64,000 bases of DNA from Piedraia hortae CBS 480.64 (lineage: Eukaryota). The notes under the pieces are model-generated. The model searched no databases and was not told the DNA's origin. It saw nothing but the letters and a program-made list of their open reading frames with translations. The stretch covers positions 62,001 to 126,000 of the forward strand of contig MU005992.1 in NCBI GenBank assembly GCA_010093745.1, given 5' to 3'. Shown piece after piece: positions 10,904 through 22,855 of this stretch; positions within the stretch are counted from its first letter, which is position 1, and every line of letters starts with the position of its first letter. The translations under genes were made by a program, and so were the position numbers.

Positions 10904-13222
10904 CTATCCGCCCAATACATCCCTAACCCTCACCCTTTCCTCCCTATCCAGCCTCCACTTCACACCCGTAAGCTCCTCAACCTCCTCTTCCGTCTTCACC
11001 AAATTTAACGCCGCCCATTCATCCGCTTCCATGACCAGGATATTCAGCATCTGCGTCAACTTCCTAAAGCCCTCCCTCAACTCATACGAGCCCTCTCGCA
11101 CGATAACATCAATAACACCAGCGAGATCCCTCTCAAGCGTCAGCGCGCCAAGGTCCGTGATCCTACCCTGCAGGGAGAAAACCCTCTCTTGTAGATACTT
11201 CGCCGTAAGGGTGACCGTATCTCCCAACACCCTTGCGTAGTTACTTGGTGTTAGCAGCCTCTTTAGGGGTGACATGAACGCTGCCCAACCACGCTCAAAC
11301 CGATGGACGACGTGCAAAGCATCCCTATCCTCGTCGTCATCGTTGTGTGTGAGGGCATAGTCAGCGTCTCTGAACGCATCGGCAAGGACAGCTCTGAGGC
11401 GGAGTCTGACGACTCGTTTGATGAGGACCTCGACGGCGTCCTCGATGAGCTCGGTTGCTTTTGTTACGAAGCTGGTTTCGATGGCATGGAGGGCGTTGTC
11501 GACGAAGACGGCATCATGGGCAAAGGGGAATCGGTCTGCGAGATTTGGTTCGTCAGAGGCAGATGCTGAGGCGGTGTTGACGACAATGCGTCGGATATAG
11601 TCCCCGGATACGTCTAGGTTGTTTAAAAGTACGCAGAACTTAGCCACCACGTGTTCCGGTGGCAGGCTGTTCTGGGTTGCTCCGCGGGGGAAGGCTTCGT
11701 CTTTCATTTTGCGCTGGATGAGACCATAGAAGTCGGTTGATAAGACGCGTCCGATCGAGGGGATGACGCTTGCGACGACTGCGCGCTGGGCGGTGGCGAG
11801 GGTTCGTTGGATGGACTGCTGGGCATTGTACATGCTGTCGTCGACGGAGGAGGTGATGTAGGGCGGAGGAGAGGCGATCGGTTTCGAGGGGTTGAGGGTG
11901 AGATCCGAGGGCATCTCGTCGAGCTGAAAAGCCTTTTCCACCGAGTGGCGGAAGAGGAAAACGGCCATGGCTGTGTGCGGGTTGATTAGATGAGTGGTGA
12001 CTTTGTTTTGGAGGCTGCTTTGAGATATAAAAGTAGGAACGGTGAGGACGGAATCTTCACTTTCGGCTTCGCTTTCACCGCGACACTTTGTTGCGAGGAA
12101 TCGGGTATAGAGGGACCAGCGACTGAGCATCATGGCGCTCTGATTGAGGAGAGCATCAATTTCTTTGGGATCGATGCTGGAATTATCTTCGCTGACTCGC
12201 CCCGGCGCAGGGGAACCACGGCCGGACCTTGACCCGGAGATGGCGGGATTCAGTAGGCCCTGGGCAAGGAAGTTGAATGGATAAGCTTTTATATCGGTCA
12301 ACTTGCGGGCTACGTTCTTCTCTTCAGACCAAGTGTCCAGGATTATGCCACCTTGGACGTCAGCTTCTACCTGTATGCGTTCAATTACTTTGGTCATGCT
12401 GCCGGCGCCATAGTGGCGTTCAACCAGGGCTTCATGGCCCTGGACAATCTCGGCAATGTGCTCAAAGAGTTTTGTTAAGGCATTGGCGTAAAAAGCGCCG
12501 TCTTTACGGTTTGAAGCGGCCATGTTTGCCCGGGCTCGCGAAGAGATGCCGGCGCAGACGTAGCGTCCATAGGCGTCCAAGCCAATGGCTGAACGGTCAA
12601 TCAGTGGGAATAGCTTGAAGAAACGGGCCACATTAGACCCGTCGCCAGACTTGACGGCCTTTTCAAACTCGCGCACAAAGAGGCCGCAGAGGCTTTCGGC
12701 TGCAGACTCGAGGGTTTGGCGAGGGGTATCTGGCACTTCTGATGTAGGTACCATCTCTTCAGCAAAGGCTCCATCTATGATCTCGTCCGGGATCTGGCGA
12801 GCTCTATGGAGATAGTTGGCTGCAGCTTCCCAGTCTTGCGGGGCTCCCATAGACCCGTGTACGCCAAGAACACAGGCCTTGAGCTCTGCTACCTGGTCCA
12901 CAACTGCGAGGGTGGACCGAACATTGTGCTGCTCGCGGTCCAAAGACGTCACTGAGGCAGAAATGCGGCGGGCCGTGTCTGCGGCTACAGACAACGTACC
13001 TTGACTCAGAGTTCTTGTGGCCACGGCCTGAGATCTGAGATGAGCGCGCGCTATATCTAGGCGGGCCAGATGTCTGGCGAGGTCTTTTTGGGTGGCCAGC
13101 AAGGCATCAAGACGGGACGTTACGGCGGCTTCACGCTCGCCCAGCTCTTTGAGAGCTGACTTGATCTCTGCAACGGTTGATGCATGACTGATTAAGCTGG
13201 CCTCCTTGGATCTGATGGACAT
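10904..13222 (-). CDS. COG4: Conserved oligomeric Golgi complex subunit 4
   Basis: Long ORF with ELKACVLGVHGSMGAPQDWEAAA, RFFKLFPLI, IQVEADVQGGIILDTW, LGALTLERD. First ATG is at 13222 (the ORF track starts at an upstream TTG, 13291). Confidence 0.92.
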   Translation of the reverse strand: MSIRSKEASLISHASTVAEIKSALKELGEREAAVTSRLDALLATQKDLARHLARLDIARAHLRSQAVATRTLSQGTLSVAADTARRISASVTSLDREQHNVRSTLAVVDQVAELKACVLGVHGSMGAPQDWEAAANYLHRARQIPDEIIDGAFAEEMVPTSEVPDTPRQTLESAAESLCGLFVREFEKAVKSGDGSNVARFFKLFPLIDRSAIGLDAYGRYVCAGISSRARANMAASNRKDGAFYANALTKLFEHIAEIVQGHEALVERHYGAGSMTKVIERIQVEADVQGGIILDTWSEEKNVARKLTDIKAYPFNFLAQGLLNPAISGSRSGRGSPAPGRVSEDNSSIDPKEIDALLNQSAMMLSRWSLYTRFLATKCRGESEAESEDSVLTVPTFISQSSLQNKVTTHLINPHTAMAVFLFRHSVEKAFQLDEMPSDLTLNPSKPIASPPPYITSSVDDSMYNAQQSIQRTLATAQRAVVASVIPSIGRVLSTDFYGLIQRKMKDEAFPRGATQNSLPPEHVVAKFCVLLNNLDVSGDYIRRIVVNTASASASDEPNLADRFPFAHDAVFVDNALHAIETSFVTKATELIEDAVEVLIKRVVRLRLRAVLADAFRDADYALTHNDDDEDRDALHVVHRFERGWAAFMSPLKRLLTPSNYARVLGDTVTLTAKYLQERVFSLQGRITDLGALTLERDLAGVIDVIVREGSYELREGFRKLTQMLNILVMEADEWAALNLVKTEEEVEELTGVKWRLDREERVRVRDVLGG

Positions 13223-13707
13223 CTTGTGTCCACAAGACGGTCCGTGGCCGTCAACCAGCGCCAGAGACGAACGACGTGAGGTCTGGCTCAAATTGATTGA
13301 TCGTCAGGCACAATTGATTAACCCATCAGCCGCCGCGCCACAGTCCCGAAATAGAAGTCGACGCGACTGCGCCCCACGACGCCTGGACAGCCTCCCAGCA
13401 CCCGGACCTTTCCCTATCGCGCCGACCGCAGCTCCGATTGCCAGTTCGCTGCAGGATTCATCTTGTTCCTACCTCTATCGCTCTACCCGCAGCCGACGAA
13501 TCCGCCGCCCGGACCCCCAGATTCACCTTGCCAAAGAGACGAAGTAAATAAAAAAGCAACGCGACCCTTTGCGCGCCCGACCACGTAAGACGGTCGCAAG
13601 CAGGTGGTATTGGTCGCCCAAGTCACGCGATCAGGTTGCAACTTGCGCCGATCGAGTTCTGCCGCGAATTGGATGTCCAGCAGATGCGCTGAGCCTCACT
13701 CGTTTAC

Positions 13708-15816
13708 ATGGACAATGCCTTGTATGAAACCGCCTCCGTGCTGGCGCGCGCCGCGTCGGCTGAGAAAGCGACGCGGCCGCCGATATACAAAGTCGTCGGG
13801 GTCTGCCTGGCCGTGTGTTCCGGCCTGTTCATCGGCTGCAGCTTCGTCTTGAAGAAGGTCGGCCTGCTCAAGGCGAATGTGAAATACAACGAAGAAGCCG
13901 GAAAGGGCTACGGGTACTTGAAGAATGGCTTCTGGTGGACGGGGATGACTTTGATGATCTTGGGAGAGATCTGCAATTTCGTGGCATATGCCTTTACCGA
14001 TGCCATCTTGGTTACACCTTTGGGAGCACTGAGCGTCGTTATCACTACCATTTTGTCTGCAATTTTCCTGAAAGAGCGGCTCTCATTTGTTGGCAAGATT
14101 GGCTGCTTCATGTGCATCGTTGGGTCGGTCATCATTCCTCTCAATGCCCCAGAGCAGTCGGCTGTGGCCAATATCCAGGAAATGCAACACTATGTCATCC
14201 AGTCGGGCTTTCTTACCTTTGCGGGCATCATCCTCGCCGGATGCGCCTTTACCGCCTGGTGGGTGGGTCCGCGGTACGGGAATAAGACGATGATGGTCTA
14301 TTTGACCATTTGCAGCCTGATTGGCGGCCTCAGCGTGGTGAGCACGCAGGGCCTGGGTGCGGCCATCCTGGCCCAGATCAGCGGAGAGAAACAGTTCAAC
14401 AAGTGGTTCTTGTATGTGCTCTTTGTCTTTGTTGTGGGAACGCTCCTAACCGAGATTATCTACTTGAATGTTGGTAAATAACCATTGTGCTGATATGTTG
14501 CTGACGGTTGGCAGAAAGCCTTGAACATCTTCAATGCTGCTCTCGTGACTCCGACGTACTACGTCTACTTCACCACGAGCACCATTGTGACCTCTGCCGT
14601 CCTTTTCCAGGGGTTTCATGGCACGCCAACACAAATTGTGGACGTTGTGCTCGGCTTCCTGGTCATCTGTTCTGGTGTCATTCTCTTGCAGCTGGCCAAG
14701 TCTTCCAAGGACGTTCCCGATGCCGCCGTCTTCCAGGGCGACCTGGACCAAGTCCGCACGGTGGCAGAGGTAGAGGAGCCGGAGTATGAGCCTCGTGCCG
14801 ATGCCATCCGCGGTGGAGCTGGCATCGTCCGCGTTCTTAGCAAGACGCGGGCGCGGAGGGAAGTGGACGAACTCAAACGGATCCATGACGAACACATGGC
14901 GCCTATTGGCGAGAACGAGACGGTCGAGTGGGACGGACTGCGGCGTCGTAAGACCGTCAGTTCAGCCGGGTTTTCCAACGTTGGCGGCAGTCTTCAGAGG
15001 AAGAAGACGGTGCATCCGCCGCTGGGCATGTCCCATTTCCCCGACGATATCAGCGAGCCCGACAGCGAGGTCCATCCAGGCTTCTTTGGCCGAATCGGGC
15101 GTCGGTCTCATACTTCATCCAGCCTCTCGCAGCGAAACAGAACGGGAGTCAGCCCGGTACCGTTGTCCCACGTAGCTGGAAAGGAGCCGTCCACTGCCGG
15201 GCTGGAGGAACACGTCTACGGACTTCCTCCCGGCCTCCAACGTCACGAGAGCGAATCGACCGGATCGAGAAGTCACCAAGTCTCATTCGCCGACCCGAAT
15301 CCTCGTTCAGTACCTCGACCTCCACCTCACATCGTTACCCCCACGCAATCTCTCTCCTCCAACGACGCCACCCAACGACGACAATTCAGCTTCCAAAACG
15401 TCGTTTCCCGCTTCCGCAACGGCGCAGGCCATGAAGAAACCGACCGACCATCCAGCAGCCGCCACGCTTCCAGCCGCGGACGGCGCAGCGTCGGCAGTCG
15501 CGGAGACAATTCCTACCCAGCCAACACATCCACCACGGAAGAAGAACGTCTCGGCCTCGTCGCCGGAGAAAACATCCTACGAGGCGACACCTCTTCTGAA
15601 GAAGAACCCCGCAGCCACGCGTTATCCACAATCCACCTCTCCTCTTCTCCCGACAGACTCACACCCGGCCGCTCCCCCAGCCGGTCTGCGCGGGACGGGT
15701 ACGAAGACCACTCCGATGAAGAAGGCCTCTTCACCCAACCCCTACGCAGTCCCATTTCACGAGAAGACGACGCCCACGACAGAGCGGGCAGACAAATACG
15801 AGGCGCATTCATGTAG
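13708..15816 (+). CDS. NIPA-family (DUF803) magnesium transporter, 2 exons (intron 14470-14514)
   Basis: GCSFVLKKVGL, YLKNGFWWTGMTLMILGEICNFVAYAF, LVTPLGALSV. The splice YLN|gt..ctgac..cag|KALNIFNAALVTPTYYVYFT joins the two ORFs; long disordered C-tail. Confidence 0.93.
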
Positions 15817-15896
15817 TATAAAAACACACAATTATGACATCAGGGTATAACAGATAGATCCGTAACCCGTACGTTTGACCCACCACATCACCAAAA

Positions 15897-16886
15897 ATGG
15901 GCAACCTCCCTTCCACCCCCCTCGATCCATCCATCCCCCCCCTAGCCCTCACCTCGCGAACCCTCCCCTCAGCAGCAGCTTACCTAAAAACATGCACGCG
16001 CATCGTAATCCTCGCGGGGGCGGGCATGAGCACATCAGCGGGGATTCCCGATTTCCGGTCCCCGGGTACCGGCCTCTACGCGAACCTCGCGTCCCTAAAC
16101 CTCCCGCACCCGGAAGCAGTCTTCGAACTGGAGTATTTCAAAGTTAACCCTACCGCGTTCTATACCCTCGCATGGGACCTTTATCCCGCGAAGGGGAGGT
16201 ATAAACCCACCCTCGCGCATGCGTTTTTGAGGTTGCTGGATGATAAAGGGGTTTTGTTGAGGGTGTTTACGCAGAATATCGATACGTTGGAGCGGGTGGC
16301 GGGGGTTGAGGGCAGCAAGATTGTAGAGGCGCATGGGTCGTTTGCGACGCAGAGATGTGTGGAGTGTAAGGCCCCGTTTGGGAAGGAGAAGATGGAGGGG
16401 TGTATTCAGAGGAAATGTGTGCCGAGGTGTGGGGAGTGTGGTGGGTTAGTCAAGCCGAATATTGTGTTCTTTGGGGAGCAGTTGCCTGCAAGGTTTTTTG
16501 AGGAGAGGACGGCACTGGATCGGGCGGATTTTTGTCTTGTGATAGGCACGAGTTTGAGTGTGCAGCCGTTTGCGATGTTGCATTCGTTGGTGAGGGAGGG
16601 GGTGCCAAGGATTTTGATTAATAATGAGAGGGTTGGCGATTTCGGGCAGGGGAGGGATGATGTTTTGTTGATTGGGGAGTGTGATGACATGGTTAGGGAG
16701 TTGGCCAAGGAGTGTGGGTGGTTGGAGGAGTTGGAGGCGTTGCATACGAGGATAACTGGAGTGCCGGAGGGTGAGGAGAAGAGTGCGGATAAGAAATTAG
16801 AGGAGGAGGTGGAGAAGTTGACGGAAGAGGTTGATCAGACGTTGCGTCTTTCGAAGAATCTGACGCAGAAAGGCGATCAAGATTAG
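15897..16886 (+). CDS. HST2: Sir2-family NAD-dependent deacetylase (Hst2/SIRT2-like)
   Basis: GAGMSTSAGIPDFRSPGTGLY, TQNIDTLE, EAHGSF, CxxC..CxxC, KPNIVFFGE, GTSLSVQPF. Confidence 0.93.
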   Translation: MGNLPSTPLDPSIPPLALTSRTLPSAAAYLKTCTRIVILAGAGMSTSAGIPDFRSPGTGLYANLASLNLPHPEAVFELEYFKVNPTAFYTLAWDLYPAKGRYKPTLAHAFLRLLDDKGVLLRVFTQNIDTLERVAGVEGSKIVEAHGSFATQRCVECKAPFGKEKMEGCIQRKCVPRCGECGGLVKPNIVFFGEQLPARFFEERTALDRADFCLVIGTSLSVQPFAMLHSLVREGVPRILINNERVGDFGQGRDDVLLIGECDDMVRELAKECGWLEELEALHTRITGVPEGEEKSADKKLEEEVEKLTEEVDQTLRLSKNLTQKGDQD

Positions 16887-16909
16887 TGGGTTATACGGTA
16901 GATGTGAGG

Positions 16910-18322
16910 TTATCCACCGACGAATTTGCATGTCGGTAACCGATACGTGTCAATCGTGCCCCAGTATGGGTATCTGACTCCGTTCCATTCGTCCCGACCT
17001 TTGAGGTCAGGCACCTTGATATCCGTCCACTCGACGTCAAGGCCCGCGTCATAAAGGTCAATCTCCACCACCTTTTTCCAATAAGTTATCATAATGTTCC
17101 AAAGAGGTCATTCTACCCTCACCTTTGTGTATACATCATAGCACACTTGCCTATCCGCACCGAGTCCATTATAGAACCCGAACCGGCCCTTTTGGTCAAG
17201 CAGCGTGATGACGTATTCTTGAAAAAATTCTTTGAGGTCCTTGTAGTCCTCGGCGTAGGTATCATAGTAGATTCCATCAAGCACCACTCCTTGTTTGATC
17301 AACTTTGGAAGGACATCTTGCCACCTTCCCTCGTGAATGGTGACATTAGGTTTATCATACCACCCCGTATCCTTTAGACGCTTGATAACAGCCGGATGGG
17401 CTTCGATAATGTGATGCATTTCCGGTTTATTTTCAAGGAACATGCTGTCCACAATTCCCATGCCGTGGCCGACATTCATTGTACGTAGACCGGGCTTCGG
17501 ACATAATTGGTCTGCTGAGGTCTTCATAATTTCCGTTTCCCAGTCCATCATCACTGCGTTTTTGTCAGAATCGAGCAAGCGGTCGCCAGAATATGTCAGT
17601 TCCGACTTGAGGTAGTCTTCGTTGTTTACGTTCGGATTGCTCAATACAGGCTCGGAAGGGCGATTCCCACCTCCAGCCTCATCTGCCTGCATTTCTGCTG
17701 GGGCTTTCCTGCCTTCTTCTTCAATAGGAAACGATGGGTTAGGCGTAGGTTCGAAACCCATTGGTTCGGTCTCGACTTTGGGACCGTTGGATGCACCAGG
17801 CGGCCGCACCGTAGCCATGGATGCTGGGGCTGGCTCGAATCCCACGATATCATCATCATCGGATTCATCGTCTGCAAGAAGCTGGAACTTGTCCAATCTG
17901 CCGAACAAAAGCTCCGCCCGGACCCCCGCATCTACAATAGCGGAATAAACAGACTTCAATCCGAGACGCAGCGCCAGACATCCAGGGGTTTCGTCATTGT
18001 GGTCTAGCTCGTTCCAGATTGCGCCGTTTTCGAGCAACAGCTTGATCGTTGCTAGCGCCGAGTCTTCACTTAGAGCTTGGCCGTGCAGAGCATCGCCTTC
18101 CCCATTGACCGGAACATCGTCATCTGGCTCGCACGCAGCAATTGCAGCGTGTAAAGGCGAAAAGCCCGTGTCTGGATCCTTGAAATTTGCTCCATGGGTT
18201 TTGAACAGAGCGGTCAGGGCTTCGATGTCATGGTTCGTGGCTGCCAGCATGATTTCGTCGTTGCCGGTATCCATGTCCACACTGCCTACAATCTCCTCGG
18301 CCATTGGTTGGTCCTTGTCCAT
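16910..18322 (-). CDS. RMT2: Arginine N-methyltransferase 2 (ankyrin + methyltransferase), intron 17072-17122
   Basis: LLENGAIWNELDHNDETPGC, VMMDWET, NVGHGMGIVD, IIEAHP, GRWQDV, YYDTYAEDY, NGLGADRQVCYDVYTK|VVEIDL. Start taken as ATG 18322. Confidence 0.92.
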
Positions 18323-18491
18323 GATTTCGCAAATGTAGCACTTCTTGCAAAATACGTCATTGTGTGCATATACCGGCTGTAGCCGACGTGCAGACGGCCC
18401 GTGCCGTGACACATTCTGATCGCCGAGGAACACTATGTTTATAGGTCCACGTAGATAATCGTCGACCAATCATGTCTTGATGTCATGCACA

Positions 18492-20213
18492 ATGGACGTC
18501 GTGGTGGATCCCTCTGATAAGGAAGTGGAAGATTGTGACACAATCCGTGGGCGCAACAACATCGAAGTCGTTCTCGAACCAACCGGGTCCAAAGGGCGAT
18601 ATATCCTGAAAGCAGATGACCCGGAAATTCAAGCCATCTTGAAGCAGGCCTTAGACAGCAAAGACAGAAAACCGCGGGCACGGTTCAGAGATCATGTCTT
18701 CACCAGACAGCTATCGACATTCGATCGACAGAATCCTGCGAAGTCCGAACGATCCTTCTTTGGCTTCTTCACCCTCTTCTGGGTATGTATGGCCTGGCTC
18801 TTGACCCAGGCCGGCCTCAAAAACTGGCGCGATTACGGCAACATCCTTGGGCCCAACCAGATCATGGAGTTGATGTTCCGTCGTGATGTCTTGGTCCTCG
18901 GCATCACAGACGGAGCCATGTTCGCCTCAACAGCAGTGAGCTACCTCATCCAGCTTCTCGTTTATAAAAACTACATCAACTGGAGCCGATCGGGTTGGAT
19001 TGTACAAAACCTATGGCAATCAGCCTACATTGGCTCCGTCATCGGCTGGGCATATTACCGTGAATGGCCATGGACACACTCCATCTTCGCCGTTCTCCAC
19101 GGCTTGGTCTTCCTCATGAAACAGCACAGCTACGCCTTCTACAACGGCTACCTTTCGGGCATCTACCGTCGCCGTGCGCTATTACAACGCAAACTCTCCG
19201 AACTCCAAAACACGGAGCCCATCCCCAGCAGTCCCAACGGAGCCGAAAGCGAATCGTCCAGCGTCCAGCTCCGCGAAGCATCCCAACTCGAACCCCGTCT
19301 CACCTCCAAAACCTCAACCAACCTAACAGACGAACACTCCCCCGTCGCCCACATCGCCTCCAGCATCAACAACGGCGTTGCAATCACCCAATTCCAAAAA
19401 TCCCACTTCGAATCAACCATCCAAACCTCCATCGACGACCTCACAGCCGAACTAACGGGCAAATCCCCCACCCACACCACAACCTACCCCCACAACCTCA
19501 CGTTAGGGAACTTCCTCCAATTCACCTGCTTTCCCACATTAGTTTACGAACTGACCTACCCGCGCAGCGACTCGCGGAACTGGCTGTATATTCTCGAAAA
19601 ACTCCTGGCCGTCTTCGGCATCCTAATTCTCATGAACGTCATCTCCCAAAACTACATTTACCCTCTCGTCGCCCGCACAATAACCATGAAATCGCAAAAC
19701 ACCCCCATGGAAGTCCGCTGGCGCGAATTCCCCTGGATAATGTCCGACATGCTCTTTCCCTTGCTAATCGAGCAACTCCTAACCTGGTATCTCATCTGGG
19801 AGTGTATTCTCAATGTCCTAGCAGAGTTGACCCGCTTCGCGGATAGGGGGTTCTACGGGGACTGGTGGAATTCGGTCACGTGGGATCAGTACGCGAGGGA
19901 TTGGAATCGGCCGGTGCATCATTTTCTGTTGAGACATGTTTATCATTTGTCGATTTCGGCGCTGAGGTTGTCGAAACGGAGTGCGACGTTTGTGACGTTT
20001 TTGTTATCCGCGCTGGTGCATGAGATGTGTATGGCGATTTTGTTTGGGAAGGTGAGGGGTTATTTGTTGGGGTTGCAGTTGATGCAGATGCCGCTTGTGA
20101 TGTTGAGTCGAAGTCGACTGTTTAAGGGGCGGGATGTGTTGGGGAATGTAATGTTTTGGGTTGGGCTGTTTTTGGGGCCGAGTTTTTTGATGAGTTTGTA
20201 TTTGATTATTTGA
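18492..20213 (+). CDS. ARE2: Sterol O-acyltransferase (MBOAT, Are1/Are2-like)
   Basis: MKQHSY, PTLVYELTYPR, AELTRFADRGFYGDWWN, WNRPVHHFLLRHVY, SALVHE. Start at 18480 or 18492. Confidence 0.92.
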   Translation: MDVVVDPSDKEVEDCDTIRGRNNIEVVLEPTGSKGRYILKADDPEIQAILKQALDSKDRKPRARFRDHVFTRQLSTFDRQNPAKSERSFFGFFTLFWVCMAWLLTQAGLKNWRDYGNILGPNQIMELMFRRDVLVLGITDGAMFASTAVSYLIQLLVYKNYINWSRSGWIVQNLWQSAYIGSVIGWAYYREWPWTHSIFAVLHGLVFLMKQHSYAFYNGYLSGIYRRRALLQRKLSELQNTEPIPSSPNGAESESSSVQLREASQLEPRLTSKTSTNLTDEHSPVAHIASSINNGVAITQFQKSHFESTIQTSIDDLTAELTGKSPTHTTTYPHNLTLGNFLQFTCFPTLVYELTYPRSDSRNWLYILEKLLAVFGILILMNVISQNYIYPLVARTITMKSQNTPMEVRWREFPWIMSDMLFPLLIEQLLTWYLIWECILNVLAELTRFADRGFYGDWWNSVTWDQYARDWNRPVHHFLLRHVYHLSISALRLSKRSATFVTFLLSALVHEMCMAILFGKVRGYLLGLQLMQMPLVMLSRSRLFKGRDVLGNVMFWVGLFLGPSFLMSLYLII

Positions 20214-20530
20214 GGGGGTGGTGATGGGTGGGGTGGGGAGAATTGGGGAGTGGTGTGTTTGTAGTAAGATGGGTATCACTCAGGGAGTGCTTGTATTTGC
20301 TAAGGGGTGTATCGCTGCAGCTCTAAGCATGATGGAAAGACCTTGTACATCTCATGCAGATACAGACGTCACATACGAGATCCAGATTCTGTCAATCTAT
20401 GGTTTTAAACGTTGTGGCCGTGTCATCACATTGACGCAAAGATCACTTTAGGACGCGAACGCCATTTTCATTCCATAACGTTAGCATACACCAGGGTATC
20501 ATACACTTCTATCCATCTCGTCATGCAGAC

Positions 20531-20903
20531 CTACGTCGTCGAACAACTAGCTCCCGTCGAAGAGACTTTATGCCTGCATCAAACCGTGTCAGCGTATTCA
20601 GATGGGAGGGCAAGGGAGAAGTGGATGGTTAGGTTGGGTAAGCAGGCAGGCGGGCGGGCTGTATACATGCGAGAGTGTGAGTGGATAAAAGGGCAAACAT
20701 ACGGATACTTCTTTCCATCAATCTCGACCAAAGGCTCACAGGCGCAGCGGGACTCCTGGGGGATAGAATCCATCACGCTCTGGACATGTCTGTTGCAGAG
20801 CATTAAATGGACTGATCCTTTGGTATGTTGGTCAGGAAACTCACTTTCCGCACCCGTTCCAGGTGGCCTTGTTGCAGGTTGGGCAGGCTGTTTTGAAGCA
20901 CAT
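20531..20903 (-). CDS. Hidden 62-aa Cys/His-rich protein, 3 exons (20845-20903, 20703-20789, 20531-20573)
   Basis: Canonical introns (gtgagt..cag; gtatgt..gctgac..cag) give MCFKTACPTCNKATWNGCGKHVQSVMDSIPQESRCACEPLVEIDGKKYPHKVSSTGASCSTT*. The start context is A-rich. Confidence 0.85.
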
Positions 20904-21107
20904 CTTGATTTGCTTTTGATTTGTTTGTTGAAGGTGTGTGTTGGGTTTGGAATTGGAGTGGCGAATTTGAAGGTGGGGTGGGGTTTGTCGAAGGTGGGGT
21001 TTATAAGGGTCTTTGCGTGCTACTGCATGGTGGAACCGGGATGGGTTACACTAAGCTGCTGATTGCAGGAAAGCGATTCATTGCTGATTGCATACGATTT
21101 GTATAAA

Positions 21108-22760
21108 TCAATCAAAAGTAATCATCGTCGGCTTTTTCATCTCACTTGGATCTTTATAAAACGCCCCGTAGACAGAATGCTCCTTCTTCTTGACCGTTCC
21201 ACCAAATTTGATCAGTTCCGCGGGCACATCCTGCCCAGCAGCTTTTAGCACATTGACCAGAGCTCCTGCTAGACGCTTCTCGGCTTCAGTAAAAAAGGTA
21301 ATGGCTAAGCCATCCTGCCCTGCCCTGCCGGTACGTCCTATCCTGTGCACGTAATCTTCGACGGTCAGTGGGAAGGTGAAGTTGATGACAACCTTGACGG
21401 CTGGAATGTCCAGTCCTCTTGCAACAACGTCGGTGGCGACGAGGATCGGGATGCGTCCAGCCCGGAAGGCTTCCAAAGATTCCAAACGTCGGTGCTGCGT
21501 CATGTCCCCGTGGATCCCGCCTACATTGAAGTTGCGGCGTCGAATGAACTCCTCGATGCGCGTAGCTTCCTTTTTGTAGAGGCAAAAGACGAGGATTTTA
21601 TCATTCTTACGAGGCCCAGACGTGTACTTCTTGAGCGTGTCGATGAGTCGGCTTTGCTTTTCAGCGCCGTCCATGACGTGGACTTTCTGGACGATGCGAT
21701 TGTTGGCGCGCAGCTCGCCAGAGGAGTTGTCGCCTACGGCAACACGGACGGCGTTGGTCATGAAAGTTTCAGCTAAGCCGCGTACGCTCTGAGGCCAGGT
21801 TGCGGTGAACATTAGCGTCTGGCGCTTCTCAGAGGAGGTTGATGAGATAATTTTGCGGATCTCAGGCTCGAATCCCGTGTCCAGCATTCGATCAGCTTCG
21901 TCAAGGACAAGGTAATCCACGTGGCTCAGATCAATGGAACCTTCTTGGATATAATCGTTCAACCTCCCCGGAGTCGCAACAATGATATTGCTGCCCTGGA
22001 TTGTGGACCGCTGCGAGTCCTTGTCTGTCCCGCCGTAGATACAAGTCACTTTCAACCCCGCAGGACGAGCAATCTCGCTTAGTTGGGTCTGAATCTGCAA
22101 AGCGAGTTCTCGTGTAGGGCTGACGATGCAAGCTTTGATGTTCTCCTTATCGCCGATGCGGCAGATATGGCGAACACATGGCACACCAAAGCCCAGGGTT
22201 TTGCCAGATCCGGTTTCAGCTACACCAACGACGTCTCTTCCGGCAAACAGGTAGGGCCACACGGCTGCTTGGATAGGCGTGGGCGCGGAAAAGGTGGAGA
22301 ATGGTGCCTTTTGCGACTCATCTACCGGAAGGTATTTGAACGATATTATGGGACGGAAAGAGCTGTTGTTCGAGTCCTCGATGGTCATTCGGTGTTTGAC
22401 AACAAAATCATCAATTTCAGACTGCGCCAGGGCGGTCAGAGCTGCATCTTCTGTGTATGGTTTGTCTTGCTTCGCAGAGCTTTCTGCCGCTTTCAAGGCC
22501 TTGGCTGCCTTTTTGGCCTTCTTCCTCTCTTTACGCTCATTCTCTTCTTGATCCTCGGGAGCCTTACTCTTGCGCTTCCTTTGCTTGACATCTCCGTCTG
22601 CATTCTCTTCCTTTTGACGCTTCTTTTCAACAACTCCTTGCTCGCCGTTGGCGCCCTCTCGCCCTTCCTTCGCTTTCTTCTTCTTCAACCGTTTTGCTTC
22701 GCGCCTGGCATCTTTGGCTTCATCAGCAATGGCTGTCTCTTCGCGATGTCTCTTCGACAT
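21108..22760 (-). CDS. DBP3: DEAD-box RNA helicase Dbp3 (60S biogenesis)
   Basis: K/E-rich N-terminus, [58 protein letters not shown]. Confidence 0.95.
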   Translation of the reverse strand: MSKRHREETAIADEAKDARREAKRLKKKKAKEGREGANGEQGVVEKKRQKEENADGDVKQRKRKSKAPEDQEENERKERKKAKKAAKALKAAESSAKQDKPYTEDAALTALAQSEIDDFVVKHRMTIEDSNNSSFRPIISFKYLPVDESQKAPFSTFSAPTPIQAAVWPYLFAGRDVVGVAETGSGKTLGFGVPCVRHICRIGDKENIKACIVSPTRELALQIQTQLSEIARPAGLKVTCIYGGTDKDSQRSTIQGSNIIVATPGRLNDYIQEGSIDLSHVDYLVLDEADRMLDTGFEPEIRKIISSTSSEKRQTLMFTATWPQSVRGLAETFMTNAVRVAVGDNSSGELRANNRIVQKVHVMDGAEKQSRLIDTLKKYTSGPRKNDKILVFCLYKKEATRIEEFIRRRNFNVGGIHGDMTQHRRLESLEAFRAGRIPILVATDVVARGLDIPAVKVVINFTFPLTVEDYVHRIGRTGRAGQDGLAITFFTEAEKRLAGALVNVLKAAGQDVPAELIKFGGTVKKKEHSVYGAFYKDPSEMKKPTMITFD

Positions 22761-22855
22761 GTTCTACCAAATTTTTTGGAAAATTTCCACATGGGAAAGC
22801 ACAGAGCGGAAGGGTTCCGCTCAAAATTACAGGTCACATTCGCTGGCTACACACT

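Noticed and set aside
19064..19846. 260-aa alternative-frame ORF within ARE
   Set aside because: The C/A-rich skew depletes stop codons; the product is low-complexity P/R/H sequence.
20412..21062. 216-aa plus-strand ORF
   Set aside because: No recognisable motifs; it lies antisense to the spliced microprotein gene and its skewed promoter.
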